A stretch of 64,000 bases of DNA from Hormiphora californensis (Eukaryota; Animalia; Ctenophora). The stretch is taken from the NCBI GenBank assembly GCA_020137815.1, contig CM035358.1, positions 2,542,001-2,606,000 of the forward strand, given 5' to 3'. The position numbers and the translations under genes were made by a program. Shown here in pieces: positions 1 to 51,499 of the stretch. The notes below the pieces were generated by a model that saw nothing but the letters and a program-made list of their open reading frames with translations, was not told the DNA's origin and searched no databases. Every line of letters starts with the position of its first letter. Position 1 is the stretch's first letter.

Positions 1-295
1 ATCACTGACATAGTTCCATGTTAGAATGAAACTCGGTCGAGCAAGAAAATGATACTTTTTGCGTTTAGGATCATGCTATCTCACGTTTTTCTATTTTCAT
101 TCTCTTCCTATGCCAATCTCTCTCGCTTTCACTCTGTCTCTCTGTTTTTCATCTAGTCACAACTCTTGCACTCACATATTATTATAGGTATCCATTCTTT
201 ACAATACCTCTCCATCTGCTACGCTTCACTGGTCACTGGTCGTGAGGCCTCACGTGTGCCTTGCCCTTCCATTGACACGAGACAAGAGTGAGAGA

Positions 296-360
<65 letters not shown>

Positions 361-673
361 TGTGTGTGTGTGTGTGTGTGAGTGTGAGAGTCATGAATAA
401 TATATTTTGAAGGGGTTTTGGAAATGATATTACAAAATGACTCATTTCTCGTCATCCTTTTTAATTGGGGCCCCTTTTGTTATAATATTACAGTCAGGTT
501 TTTTGAAGTCGTTACCCCCCCCCCCTTTCTCGTGCGTTCGTTTTTTTTGTGCGTCTATCACAGGTTATCGTATGGTGTGTGTCAAAATGTGATAACTATA
601 TCACATGTGCATGGGTTTGGGGTGACAAATCATAAAGACCACTGAACACTACTAAACACCACCCATCCCCCAG

Positions 674-1773
674 TTACTGAACCGAACACAACAAAAACGA
701 CCTGGAACCAGTCAGTATGGTAAAGTTGCTGATTCTTATATCCGGGGTAGCCATGCCAACAAGTATGTTTCACTAAGGAACAAGGATGGTGCTGGAAATA
801 GTGAACACACAGTCGCAGGTAAATAGGGATTGATCTAGAATTTGTACTTGTTATTTGTATTTGAAATTTTGAATATTCTAATCACTCTTTGGCCACTAGT
901 TTTGACTTTTCTTATCCAAGCCACCTACTGTCTTTTCTCCTAATCCATCAGGACGAACACAGTGTATAACTCAAATCACACAACACATATATGCTGTGTG
1001 AGTGTTATACTTGGGACTCATATTTCATAAAGTGCTGGTTATCATCGTGCATACGACACTGACACATACATTACATACTTTTTCTCTATGACGATCTTAG
1101 TCGTAGTTTTATCATTCACATGTCTCTCTCTCTCTCTCTCTCTCTTTCACTGTCTCTCAATCTCTCTCTCTCTTACTATTGACAGAAATACACCCCTCAC
1201 AATCTTACCTTACAGTTACACACATTGTCTACTGCTACCCCACCTAGACTGTGTGTCTAAACATTGTTAGTTCACAAGCTCTCTCTCTAGAGGCAATATC
1301 ATTGCCAAGTATTATACATCATAAGACCACACATTGGTGCCGCAATTGGTAACAAGCAACGCTAGTAGCGCAACCAATGTCCCACGCACCAATCACATTG
1401 TCACAATATTTCACAGATCTCGGCGGGGGTTCTCTAACGCCGCGCGGCATCTTTACATGAAAAGTATACAGTTGTCACATTGCGCGCGCAGAGCAGCGCC
1501 AACGCGCACATGTGGAACACACGAGAGAGGGGTTACTGAGTTGGATATTTCTCCATCCCGCACCTCTTGACTCTTTCAGACCCACTCGAAAATTCTATCA
1601 TTATTTCAGGTCATTTCTCCTCACCGGAATTCAAGAAAGTTCGACCTTTGGCAAGTTACAACGGGAATTTTGGGTATAGACGAAACACACCGAGTTTGCG
1701 GACCTTCCCCTCATCTTTTGGAGCCCCTGTTAGATCTGCATACCATCCTAACGGGTCTGTCAGGTGCTGGTAA
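674..1773 (+). CDS. Putative 3' exons of an unidentified gene (674-719, 778-818, 1580-1773)
   Basis: AG/GT-bounded segments join in consistent phases (2, then 1), giving ...TEPNTTKTTWNQSVWNKDGAGNSEHTVADPLENSIIISGHFSSPEFKKVRPLASYNGNFGYRRNTPSLRTFPSSFGAPVRSAYHPNGSVRCW*. The acceptor before 778 is weak. No family recognised. Confidence 0.4.
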
Positions 1774-3239
1774 TTGTTACACGATCTATCAGACAGATAT
1801 TGAGAAGTTGAGAACAGTATTAGTTATTGAAAACTGCACAGCGTGACTGTTTATACTACTGGTGTGAAATAGTGATTCAGATTTAGCATGATCTATGACT
1901 TGTTAATAGTATGTACATAATTCGTTTACATATTGCAAGATGGTTAGTTTTCCTCGCCCCACTGCACAACTATGCCGTATCGATCGATAATTTCACCCCT
2001 CGGGTCTCAGCAAATGACAAATAAGGGAGTTCTTTTGTTTCGAGATTATCGTTATTTTAACTCTCACTTTCATCCCTAATCTAGCATGTTGCACAACTCG
2101 AAACATGTCACGATATCAAGTACATCTCCTACATTACCCCGCATGACAACGTATTACAAGTTTTCTCCCCCTGAACCGGATTAAAGAACCGAGGTTTGTA
2201 AACACAGATAATAATGTGATATAGTGAGCGGCTTGGTACTATGTATAACTTATAGTCCGGAGTGTTTCAATCGGAGGATTTCTATATGAGCTGTCTGGCA
2301 CCGCCGACCCCATCTGTCGCCAGTATATGAGTGGGTTTTTCTCAGGGTGAAGTCCAGCACTTGTAAAGTTCCCACATGTGTAACTAGCGGACAGGTGACA
2401 CGTGGTTATGATGTAAGAGTAGCATCATGGGCTCGTATTCACATTGCCGCACGTGCATGCACGACCTAGAAGGGGGCCGTGAGAAATAATTTGAGGTGGA
2501 AGTGAGCTGCTCGAGCCGCAATATACCAACTTCTGTACCTACTTTCTCACCAAACCTTTCCTGTCCATTTTTGTGACCCTTTACCAAATCCATGGTACAT
2601 GTATGTTGGTAACAAAATGGTTGAGAGTTTTTGAGTTACTCAACAAGACGAGAGCGTGAGAAGATAAAAATCCCATGCATGCTCACTCTCTGATCTAATC
2701 TCACCAACTCTTGGCATCTCAAGTTGAGACTGTATGGCGGCGCCATACCCCATTTGATTCTCGACAGTGCGCTCAGATGGGTCGCGGCGCCAGACAGAGT
2801 TGAGAGTCACTCAACTCTTCACTGCCTATTTTTTTTGGGATGCGGTTAATAGTGCTACAATACGGCTAATCTGGCACATGATTCCATCCATAATGCATAA
2901 ATAACCGGCACAACTAATTCGGGTGATTTGAGTGAGGGATCATGGGTATTGAGTCATTGAGTCATCACGCCGGCCCTGAGAGAGACATCCCACAGTCGAC
3001 TTACTTAGTAGTTAGTAGCCGTCATGCTTCAAAACACGGCCCCATTCTTTCTCAAATACCTAGCACCTCTACTAGACGACAATACGTTGCCATGGTGTCA
3101 CCCCCTATCATCATCACGCCCTAAATTTGCTGTGACATTCCCCCGGGGGGGAGAGAAACTCTTGTCAGCAGAAGAAGCTAGCTGAGCATCGTTGAGCGTG
3201 ATTCCAGCAGCCGAGCACGGAAATCTGAGCTCAGAGCAC

Positions 3240-3611
3240 GGTAGGCGGTAAACGTTAACCAGATCTGTGAGAATTTCGCACGTTTTTCCCCATAACTCAG
3301 CCATTTCTTGACCAATTTGCAAAATCTTTGGCTCATTGGAAAGAGGACATTGAGATCTCTCAAATGAGCTCAAGAAAATTAAAATTGGCGCAAATTGCGC
3401 GGCGTGGTGGCGAAAACGCGCGTTTTGCGCCATGACGCCGCGCATTTTGCGCCGATTTTAGTTTTATTGGGCTCATTTGAAAGAGCTCAATGTCCTCTTT
3501 CCAACGCGCCCAAGATTTTGCAAATTGGTCAAGAAATGACTGAGTTATGGACAAAAACGTGGTTTTGCACGTACGTTTTCTCTCAGATCTGGTTAACATT
3601 TACCGCCTACC
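3240..3611. mobile_element. Palindromic MITE, Mutator-like
   Basis: Long TIRs GGTAGGCGGTAAACGTTAACCAGATCTG...CAGATCTGGTTAACATTTACCGCCTACC; 9-bp TSD TCAGAGCAC at 3231-3239 and 3612-3620. Confidence 0.85.
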
Positions 3612-4305
3612 TCAGAGCACATGTGTAGCGGGATTAGTTCCGCTTGTATGGATCTCCATAGCCAGCCTGTCAGGCCAATGCTTTGAAGACAGTTCTCCGA
3701 GAAATGACAGTTCTCCGAGAAATGATAATAAGGTCATGCCAATGCTCTGACAGTACCCAACTAGTATGTTCCAACTTCATTTCTATAAAGTTTGAACATA
3801 CCAGCTGGGTATTATGGTTATATATATTAGTAAAAACGTATTATTGGCTTGTCAGGATCCGAGTTAAACTTGCCCATGTCAGGCCAATGTTTTGACGAAA
3901 GAAATGAGTATATTATATGGTCAGGCTCTGACAGAGTTAAGAGGAAATACTTTTCGAATTTAATTATTTTTAACATGGTATCACCCTCACATCTTTGTAC
4001 TGCATTGCCCTGCTGTTTCAGTACAAATGAACACGGTAAAACTGTATTGTGTGGAATAGGGCGGGGTATAACTAACGTCACGTGACTATAAAATTGCTAT
4101 AGAATTGCTTGTATCTTTTTTTCTGGTAAGAGAAACTCAGCACAGAAATGAGAATGGAAGGGGTAAAACATGTGGCTTCTTTTCCCAACTCGACGCTAAT
4201 GCACCGCAGTTCTACACTATGGCGTTACTAGATCATTAATAAAAAACTGCTAGGCAAACACACGCCCTGCCACGCCTGGACTCACTCGGGCGAGAAAGAG
4301 AGAGG

Positions 4306-4347
<42 letters not shown>

Positions 4348-5229
4348 AGGGATAGAGAGAGAGAGAGGAAGAAGAGGAGAGAGAGAGAGAAAAGAGAGAA
4401 AGAGAGAGAGAGGATAGAGTGAGAGATGAGAGAGAGATATAGAATAGAGAGAGAGAGAGAGATACAGTGCAGTGGACAAGCCCATTTTGTTATTTGTTGA
4501 CGATGTCAGACCGATATAGTAAGTGTAGTGACCTAGGGAAATTTCCAATATCAACTTAGGTGACGTTAGGTGGTGAAATATAGCTGCAAAGGGAGAGAAG
4601 AATGGAGAGAAGAAAATGAGATACACAGTTGGAAATTTAAGCAGACGCCAAAAATAAAATGATGAGAGAAAGGACACTCCCCATGGGCAATTCGGGCATG
4701 CCCACTGTCATATGACTTGGGGGGTTGCTAATTTGGAAAGTCATTTTCCACGCCCATCTCTCAGGTCATACTTGGCACTACTGCTGCAGATAGTACACCC
4801 TCAATGGGCATAACACCTGTGAGGCTGCAATGCTCTGATCACGGTTATCTCGAGCTCCAATGTTCTGAGCTGATCAATTCTGTGGGTACAAATCAGCATG
4901 ATCCCCAGTCAGGGCCAATGCACTGACCACACATGATCCAGCTTGGATGATGGAAATAGATCCCGCCCCCCAAAACTACTACTGAAATTATGATACTTCA
5001 ACGTGATACAGCTCCAAATAGATTTTCCCGAAATTCCAAAATCTATTTTTACACATCTCCACCAGACCCTCACATCTCTCACCCCTTACTCGCGACAATG
5101 CTACAACGTGATAGCCATCTGCACTCTTATACTGGCCACTCGGGCGTGCCCCCGCCCATAATGATAGGGCTCATGGGCCGTGTGTTCATTTATAGTAACC
5201 TTCCCACAATGCACGTTGTAGTAATGGAG

Positions 5230-5284
<55 letters not shown>

Positions 5285-5428
5285 GGATAAAGTGGGAGGG
5301 AGAGAGGGGGAGGCCTGATCAACTCTTTCGACCATACAGGGTGATCACGTGAGGGGACTCTACGCGCAGTTGGACGTGCATCAGCTCTCACGTTCCACTC
5401 CGAGATGTAGATAAACGTGAGAGAGAGA

Positions 5429-5520
<92 letters not shown>

Positions 5521-5820
5521 GAGAGAGAGATAGAGAGGGAGAGAGAGAGTAAACTGTTTCAACTCAAACGGTTTATGTGTATAATGCTTTAACAATAACG
5601 AGATCTAACAATATTCCAAGAGGGCAGAGGGATAACTAATGACACTAGGCAGTCGGCAAAAAGTCTTGTCAGATCTTGAAACATATGCCGAAAAAAACAA
5701 GTTCTTTTTCGGCGAAAAATGAAAATACAACCTGCTGAATCCCACGGCTATAAAGACCCTTCAGATAAGATAAATGCTGATAAGATGGTTTGTACTGCGA
5801 CAGCTGTTATATATGTCAGC

Positions 5821-5929
5821 CAGGAACCGACCGAATCAGGAAATACTGGTCCCTGATTGGCTGATAACCAGTCACGTGACCTAAATAACGAGTTCTGATT
5901 GGTTGTTTACTTGTTTCGGTCGGTTCCTG
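5821..5929. mobile_element. Short MITE, hAT-like
   Basis: TIR CAGGAACCGACCGAA / TTCGGTCGGTTCCTG; 8-bp TSD ATGTCAG(C/T) with one mismatch. Confidence 0.7.
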
Positions 5930-7699
5930 ATGTCAGTGATTTCAAATCGCGTTGTGCCTACTTAAATCAAACACTGGCTCGTTTCATAAAAAGATGAACA
6001 ACTGAATTCAGCTGAACAAAAACGAAGGCTGAAAAATGTCGTTGAAAAAAAGAAGACTGATCTTTGCCAACTGCATATTCAAATTATCTCCTCTCTCTCT
6101 CTCTCTCTCTTCTCTCTCTTCTCTCTCTCTCTCTCTCTCTCTCTCGCTCTCAACGATCACGCCACACTTTACTGAAAATAATGATGTGATCGCTAATTGT
6201 GTACAAGTTACAGCTGCAGCTGTTGTGTGTCACAAGGGTCGGGTACTAGAATGTTGATGCCCGTACAATCCTAATCACATGACAGTTAACGTGATTCATT
6301 ATACCATAGGTTGAGTTCAAACCGATGCGTTTATCACTTCCCGCCACTTACTTTGTGGAAGGGGCACCGCGCGGCAGGTTTGCGACGACAAAACGCGTCT
6401 TTGAAGAAGCCGAAGGGAGCGATCCCTTCTTTTCGCACGAAATTGAAAAAAGGCCGCTATCGACGCAGCAATCCAACGCCGCGAGGCTTTTAAAAAAAAA
6501 ACGAACCCTCATTAAAAAAATCGATTTTCTTTAAAGTCATTTTCTATAAAAGGTTCACCCTCCCACTACATGCGCGTGCGATTTATGTATTTTTAATTTT
6601 AGCCTTCTCTGCCGCTACACGTTGAAACATTTGATATAGACGCCAAAAACAATTTCCGCGCACGTATTGGGGGCAGAGTGAACAGTTGAAAAAAAATGGA
6701 GTTAGTATGTAAAACGTAACAAAACCCAAGCTACAAATAGCCCTCAAATCAAGTAGTCGCGCGACGTTACGTACAAGGGTTGGTAAGTGGGTTAAAAGAT
6801 GAAATGCGAATGTCAGCAGTGAGGTGAACCGCCGCGCGGACTTCTGAACGGTTTTCGAAGTCGCAAAAGTGGGCAGTGGTCATTCGTTTTTGAGTTCGTT
6901 TGGGAGGGAGGGGAACGAGGACAAAGGGATCGGAAAAATTGGACCCCGACAGTGACAAATGAAAAGGATCTTTGATTAACAGTAGACCAACTATATTATA
7001 ACAGCACACCAATAAGACACTTTTGTCAAAAGGACAATTCAAATAAAAAGAAACAAACAAATAAATGTATGCAAAAGTTAATTGATGGTTTTTATTATAA
7101 AAACTCGTTATCTTCAACGGAATTATTATTATTGTTCACTCTCATTCCTCCTTTAACAACTCGACCACACTTTTTACAAAATATAAAGCATCAATTAAAA
7201 CAGAACGGTCGTTCCAACCAGTGAAACACATTGATATTTGTGATCTTTTCCAAATCACGTCCTATTCTTCCGTTCATTAAACCACCTGCAAGTTGAAACA
7301 GGATACCAGTGATAACTACAAAACAAAAAAAGGAGATATAGATGGAAAAAATGAGAATTTAGACTGCGTGGGAAACCCATGTGGTTGACTGTAATAGACA
7401 TATGATTTTGGAGACCAGAAGAACTTCATTCATTCACAAACATCAGAGTTGTTCTCTCTGTACTTTAACCTGTGACATGATTTAAAACTCACCAAGTCAA
7501 CTAGGATCAGCCAGTTCATTAAAGACCCCGAGCTCCCGTAAACCCCGTCTTCCACTGTCTTGTTGTAACAACTCTGTAAAAAGCCAAGTTTTGGATAATC
7601 CGAGAAACGTCGGCGAAAATGGAAAATGGGCCATTGGTACGGGACAGGTTAAGGGAAGACCCGGGCTCCAAATAGAGGGGACGGAAATTTCTTTCCAAG

Positions 7700-7819
<120 letters not shown>

Positions 7820-8065
7820 GGTCCACTACACGCACCACTCCCGCATGGGGGCCGTAAGGTCCCATGCGTGAGCAGGGTTAAATCCCCCGAGCCCGGATCC
7901 TGTTGGGATTGAGGGCCGGGGGCCTGCGGAGTAAAGGTAGGTAAAACCAATGTACATAGGGGTAAGGGTAGTTGAACAATGACATATGGGTTAAAAGTAA
8001 GGTAAAAACTCTCTCTTCTCTCAATTAAATCCTCTCTCTCCTTCTCTCTCTCGTCTCTCTCTCTA

Positions 8066-8106
<41 letters not shown>

Positions 8107-8285
8107 CCACTACACGCACCACTCCCACATGGGGCCGTAAGGTCCCATGTGGGAACAGGGTTAAATCCCCCGAGCCCGGATCCTGTTGGATCTGAGGGCC
8201 CGGAGGGCCTGCGGAGTAAATGTAGGTAGAACAATGTACATAGGGGTAAGTTGAACAATGTACATATGGGTTAAAGTAAGGGGAA
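7820..8285. repeat. Local duplication of a ~190-bp unit, each copy preceded by (CT)n
   Basis: GGTCCACTACACGCACCACTCCC...GGTTAAATCCCCCGAGCCCGGATCCTGTTGG...CATATGGGTTAAA occurs at ~7820 and ~8104. Confidence 0.8.
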
Positions 8286-8568
8286 AATATTTAAAGGGGA
8301 ATTAAAGCTCATGGAGACGGAGCATAAGACCTCCTAAACTATCTGGAAAGAAGCCCAACCATCTGGAACGGAGCCTAAGAAGAGACAACTTATCGGGAAC
8401 AAAACGTCTGGAACAGAATCTAAGGCAGTCTAATAGCAAGCAGGAACGGGTGAAACGGTAGAAAACTAATACAAATATAATACATCTAGTGGGGTTACAG
8501 GAGGCTGATTACATGTCGAGAACTTTCCGGAGCGTGTTCATCGAGTTGAAGAGTACCGACTTTTGGAG

Positions 8569-8629
<61 letters not shown>

Positions 8630-8686
8630 CTCTCGATCTATGCCAATTACCCAACCAATTGGCAATTACCCGACCCACTCATTTAC

Positions 8687-8885
8687 CTCCATAGTCCATA
8701 TTGGTAGATGATAGATCGCACCGGTGCTGGTTACAGTACCAGACGAGTTTGCTGCCTCACAGTTGCAAGTTCCGTTATTATAGCTCGAGTAAGTTAGGAA
8801 TGTGAGAATCGGTCTGTCTACTGTCCAATCTATTGTATCCGGGGATAGTTCCTTATTTCCATCTTCCACTGTGTAGTATTGGACC
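8687..8885 (-). pseudogene. Inverted duplicate (pseudo-exon) of RTK Ig4 exon 20042-20226
   Basis: Translates as VQYYTVEDGNKELSPDTIDWTVDRPILTFLTYSSYNNGTCNCEAANSSGTVTST, versus AQYYTVEDGSQEPSQDTTDWTVHRSILTFLTYSSYNNGTYNCEAANSFGTVTST in the gene. Flanking intron sequence and both splice sites are also copied. Two 7-nt duplications near the 3' end change the phase. Confidence 0.85.
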
Positions 8886-9393
8886 CTAGAGAGAGGGTAG
8901 GCTATTATTGGGGGAGGATGGTTTAGTATTGGGCCCATAATGGGAGGAGAAATTAAAATTAAAAGGGGAGATGAGAAAGGAGCGAAAAGGGTGGGGGGAT
9001 ATAACAGCTGCAACTGTGTGATAAGATAGTACCTCTGTGTGATAAGATGGTGTCCCCGGTCGAGAGAGAATGACACAGAGAGAATTACAGAGAGAGAATG
9101 ACAGAGAGAGAATGACAGAGAGAATGACAGAGAGAGAATGACAGAGAGAGAATGACAGAGAGAGAGAGAGGATAACAGAGAGAGAGAATGACAGAGAGAA
9201 TGACAGAGGGAGAATGACAGAGAGAGAATGAGGGGATGAGAGAATAACAGAGAGAGAATGAGGGGATGAGAGAATAACAGAGAGAGAATGACAGAATGAC
9301 AGAATGAGAGAATGACAAAGGGAATGAGAATGAGAAAGAGATAGAGAGCGAGAGATAGAGAGCGAGAGAGAGAGAGGGGGGGGGTCCACTTAC

Positions 9394-9819
9394 CAGGGTC
9401 TGTAAATCGATCAATAAAGATCTGCCGGTGATGAGAAGCTGCTGTGAACGGTTCCCCTACAAGAGTGTTTAGCTCATCTAGTCTGTAGGTTATCTTGGCC
9501 CAGTAATTTGGTTCCCGGAACGGGATCTGAGAGAGTATTGTGTTATTAATAAATTTGATAAACTATTGAGGTCAGAGGTGGTCTGGGTTAGAGGGGGTTC
9601 AAATGCGGGTTACAAGGGGTCTGTTAGGTGGGTTAGAAGGGGTCTGTTAGGTGGGTTAGAAGATGGGTAGGGGCCAAGTCTTGCCACCTCTTGCCCGGCA
9701 AGAGGTGGGTTAGAAGTCAGAAAATGTCGAGAGGTCAGCAACAAGTGTTCCAGAGTTGGGTAAAAATGCTGCTTAGTAGGGATCCAGAGGTGGGTCAATA
9801 CGTAGTTTGGTTAAGCAGA

Positions 9820-9865
<46 letters not shown>

Positions 9866-10016
9866 AAAAAGGAGAGAGAAAGAGATATACACAGAGAGGG
9901 AGAGAGAGTGTGTGAAAAAGGGTCGACACATCGAGAAGGGCGGTCACCCCAGCCATGATAGTGATATTAACATTAAACTGTTCATACCTGATCTTGATGA
10001 TTTGATTCACTTGCAT
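9394..10016 (-). CDS. Tentative first coding exons (10016-9988, 9482-9394) of an unknown minus-strand gene
   Basis: Good donors (AG|GTATGA, G|GTAAGT) and acceptor (CTACAG); phase-2 join gives MQVNQIIKIRLDELNTLVGEPFTAASHHRQIFIDRFTDP. No family recognised. Confidence 0.35.
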
Positions 10017-10167
10017 CGTCTCCCAGCTCCCTTGACTGGGTTAGAATAGCGGGACCCTTAACGCTTCAGTTAATTCATCTTTAATTATGAGAAGATTTTC
10101 CCTGGTTCAGGTTGCGATAATCTGAAGAGAAGGGTGTTACTAAACGCTAGAATTTGGTAATTTATTG

Positions 10168-10670
10168 ATCCGAAAGCATCCCAACACCTTAACATATTAG
10201 GTATCGCTTGTGCTTTCAAAACTTCGCAAACTTCAGTACTTTTAACTTTCTAATTTTGTTTTGTCTTATGGTTTTGTCTTTTGATTGACACCATTTAAAG
10301 CTACGTTTTCTGCTGGCCCAGTGCTGGGTTTGAATCCTTATTTTGCCATTATCTTGCTTTCAAATGTTTTGGCGCTAAAAGCTATGTGTGTCCAAGAGTC
10401 AAATAACCACCTTTTGTCCCTCTTTTATCGCACTGTTAGGGTATTTGACCCTTGAACACAGCTTTTAGGGCAAAAGCATCTGAAAGCAAGATAATTGCAA
10501 AAGAAGGATTCATTTTCAGCAGAAAATGCAGCCTCAAAAGACTTCCATCAAGACTTGAAAAGTGGCAAGAACAGTTGAAAAAAGTTGTAAAGTAAAATTT
10601 GGAGAAGTTTGCAAAGTTTAGAAAACAGGCGAGACCTGAAAAAAATCTGTAGGTATTGAGATGCTTTTTG
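10168..10670. mobile_element. Degenerate foldback/MITE
   Basis: Diverged inverted arms, e.g. ATTATCTTGCTTTCAAATG (~10348) vs CATCTGAAAGCAAGATAAT (~10477). Confidence 0.6.
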
Positions 10671-11368
10671 GGGTGGCGCGCGGCAGGGCTATTGTTGGTT
10701 GGGTTTGCCTTTAATGTCCATTTTTTTCAACTGTTCACCCCCCAAAGTCGTGCACGGAATTGTTTTGCGCGTTTATCACATGTTAACGTGTAGCGCGCGC
10801 AGCGTAAATTAAAATATCGCACGCGCACGAGTTGAGGGGTGAACAGTTGAATAAAAATGGACTTTATTGACCGTTTTTCTTGTTGTTTGACAAAATTCGA
10901 TCGCCTAATACGCAACTTTACACAAATTTCAGCTAGATTATTCTATGCAGAAGCACCCCGTTCCTCACCGTGTGGTCCCATGGTAGTCCCACGGCGGGGC
11001 TGTTTGTAAATGATAATAATAATAGCAACAGTTTGTGCGGGGGATTTCGATTTGACCATTTTATGTTGATATATAATGTCCTCATCCCTTGCGAGGGGCT
11101 CTTGGTCTTACTGGACCCTGTTAGAACATGATAAGGATTCGGCCTTCGGGATTCCCATGGACTTCTCAATCAGTTTTTGTAAAACGTAAATGATTTCGTA
11201 TTTGTCAGTGACAGGAAATGGCAGTAAAGTGAACCATGTGAAGAAAAAGAATGAAAGTTGAAACCGCCTTCCTCCTCTGTATCTTAGGTAAAAATAGTAA
11301 AACATGGCATTAATTTCTTAAACTTTGTCGTCGGTACATTCAAAATACAGTTTTCTACTTTCCAGCAG

Positions 11369-48646
<37,278 letters not shown>

Positions 48647-48713
48647 GCTCTGCGTGCTTGTGTGTGTGACTGTGAGTTTGTATATTTGTGAGATGATCCG
48701 AGGTGAGAGAGAT

Positions 48714-48808
<95 letters not shown>

Positions 48809-51499
48809 CGATATTTTTACTTTATACGAGAACAGTGCGAAAGAGATACGCAAGGGAGAGACAATGATTAGTTAACTTATATAGTAGTCGTAGTGAATTT
48901 TTTGCGCTATGTTGTATTTTGTTAAAATTTTGTTTTTTGCATCACGGCAAGAATTTAGATGACATTATCGGATTAGACACCCGACAGAGAAATGTCCGAT
49001 CGAGATAAGAGTGTTGTAAAGTTATAGGAAACGTATATAGGAAACGGTTTCATCATTAATATGTTAGGTACTGTTCTGTTCATCCTGTTACAAATCCAAA
49101 AATGACAGAATGAACATTTCAACTAAACTTCACCGCAACATTTTGGAATAACTGGAGATATTTTAATAGTGCCCGTGAGATGACCGGATCTGTTGAGTTG
49201 TTCTATTATCTTGGATTTGGAGTGCCAATTCCTGATTTAATTCGTTTGTTTTGGGGCAATAAATCTCTCATGAGAATGAGCCCCAAACTCATATATTTGA
49301 ATCCCCTGATACGGTTATTGAACCACCAAACTCTCTCTCTCTCGGTAGAACCAATTAGATTCCGTTTTGTTATACATTTTTTGCCGGCTGCGTTTTTGTA
49401 ATGCTTGTCTGACATGTTTTTATCAAATATTCCCGCAATTCAGTTTATACTGTTGCACAACTGATATATTGAAAACACCGCTAGATTTATTGTCGTTCAT
49501 TGTCTCCAAACCCAAAACTAGACATGTAATGATAATAATTGGTGTTTTTTACATAGAGTACATTATCGAAAAGTACATTATACATCGCGCGCACCCTCTT
49601 TCCTGCGCCAATTGTGTCAAAATTATGTCACCGCGCCAGACGTTAATTAAGTCTGGCAGACTTGCGATTTGTGACGATTGAAGTACAGTCGTTGCCATGC
49701 TACGCAGTCTGTTTGTTCGGCACTTTAAGCGCCTCAGGCTCGCCCGGTGTGAGAGCTGACAGACGAGGAACATGTCAATACAGTCGGGCCCTGCTTTAAC
49801 GGGATTAGATGCTCAGGGAAAAGAGTTTTTCTATACCGGGGGAACTTTATCCTCACACGACGGTAAATCGGGGTTCCGGTAATTCGGGATCCGACGGTAC
49901 AGGCTTTGACACAAGATCAAGTAATTCGAACCTCCTGACTCCTTGAGTCTGGGAAACACTTGTAGCGCAACTTGCTGAGTAAATGAGTAAGTAACCCCTT
50001 ATTACTCAACAAAGCAAGGTAGTCCAGGTATAATATAGATCTGATATATGATCCCATGATATGTTCCGAGTCAGTGATCCCGCAAAAATGCAGCTGAAAT
50101 ATTTAGAGCTCTCAGTCTCCCCACCTCTACGATAATTAACACAGCTGTATCTAATCAATAGAGACGCGTTGCAGAAGGCAACTTATTATCATCACGGTTT
50201 ACTGATTTTCTTGCCAAGTTAGACTGTTATTCGCGCCCGCCAACTACAACACTTCTTAAAAAGTGAGTAGAACACCTGCATTGACTTGTTGTGGAACTCG
50301 CCAAAAATACACCATTACACCACAGCAATGATTAAATTGATAACAATATATAAGCTATTGGGTACATGTATCCTGATTCAGACAATGTTCAATGTTTCGC
50401 ATGATTCAGTTTCTTCTCTTTCGACTTTCGTCGCCGACTGATAAATACGGATTTGGATTGTTGAGTAAGTTACTCAACAAGATTTGGGTATGGAGTTGAG
50501 CCCAAATAAACCAGACCTCTTTTTGATTCTCAAAGCAAAAGTACAGTATAGTGCGACAGACAGGCTCAGATCGGGATTTACTTGATCGACCGAAAACCCT
50601 CATTTTATAACATAAAATGCGGTATGAGCCACAGAATGATATGCGAGACTACATTAACATTGTTAACTGAATACGTTCTGTGTATATTTCTTTGTTTAAC
50701 AACTGTCTGGCGCTGCAGACCCCACCTGAGTGCGGCACTGTCAATCAAACCATAATAAGTAGTGCTGTCTAACCTTGTTACTCACACGGTCACTTGTAGT
50801 GGGAAAACGGTAATGGAAAATGGAGATACAGTAAGACGTCGCGCAACCGTGACCAATCAGGGCGCTAGTACGTGCTGAACACATGCCTAATGGCACTGCC
50901 TACAGAGAGAATACAGAGAAAGAACCATCACTGTGGTCCATTATCAGTTAGAGTTTTACTATTGATGGGATCCCATTAATGGGATGCCATTCAGTTAGAT
51001 TTCCCCTAATGCAACGTGCGTGTCTCCTTATTACTGTATTTTCATTACGGTAATACGACTATAACAAGCAGCACTGTCAACAAGTCTAACCGTGGTTCTC
51101 GTGTGCTCTTATTTGAAAGAAGTGAGAAATAGAATAGGGTCAGGCCAATGCTCTGACAGGTCTGACAATTGAGTGACGGGTCCAAAGAAAATTGCCTGAT
51201 TTTGGTCAAGCTTTGTTCAAAAAGGCAGTTTTACCAACTTTGCCAACTTCGCCGGAGACCTGTACAGGGGCGGAGCAACTGTGTCGCTCGCGCGTTACAT
51301 ACAGGAGATAGCGTGACGTGCCCAAATATTTAATTTAATCGATTTAGGGTACCCCCGTGACCGAGTAGATTTTTTAATTGATAATACCAGTAACTCTAAA
51401 ACAAATGTTTATATCAATTTTGAAATTTTTGGTATGCAATTAATCTGGTACAAATCATAAGTTTATATTGGCCGACAGATTTGTTCCAAAAAATGGATT

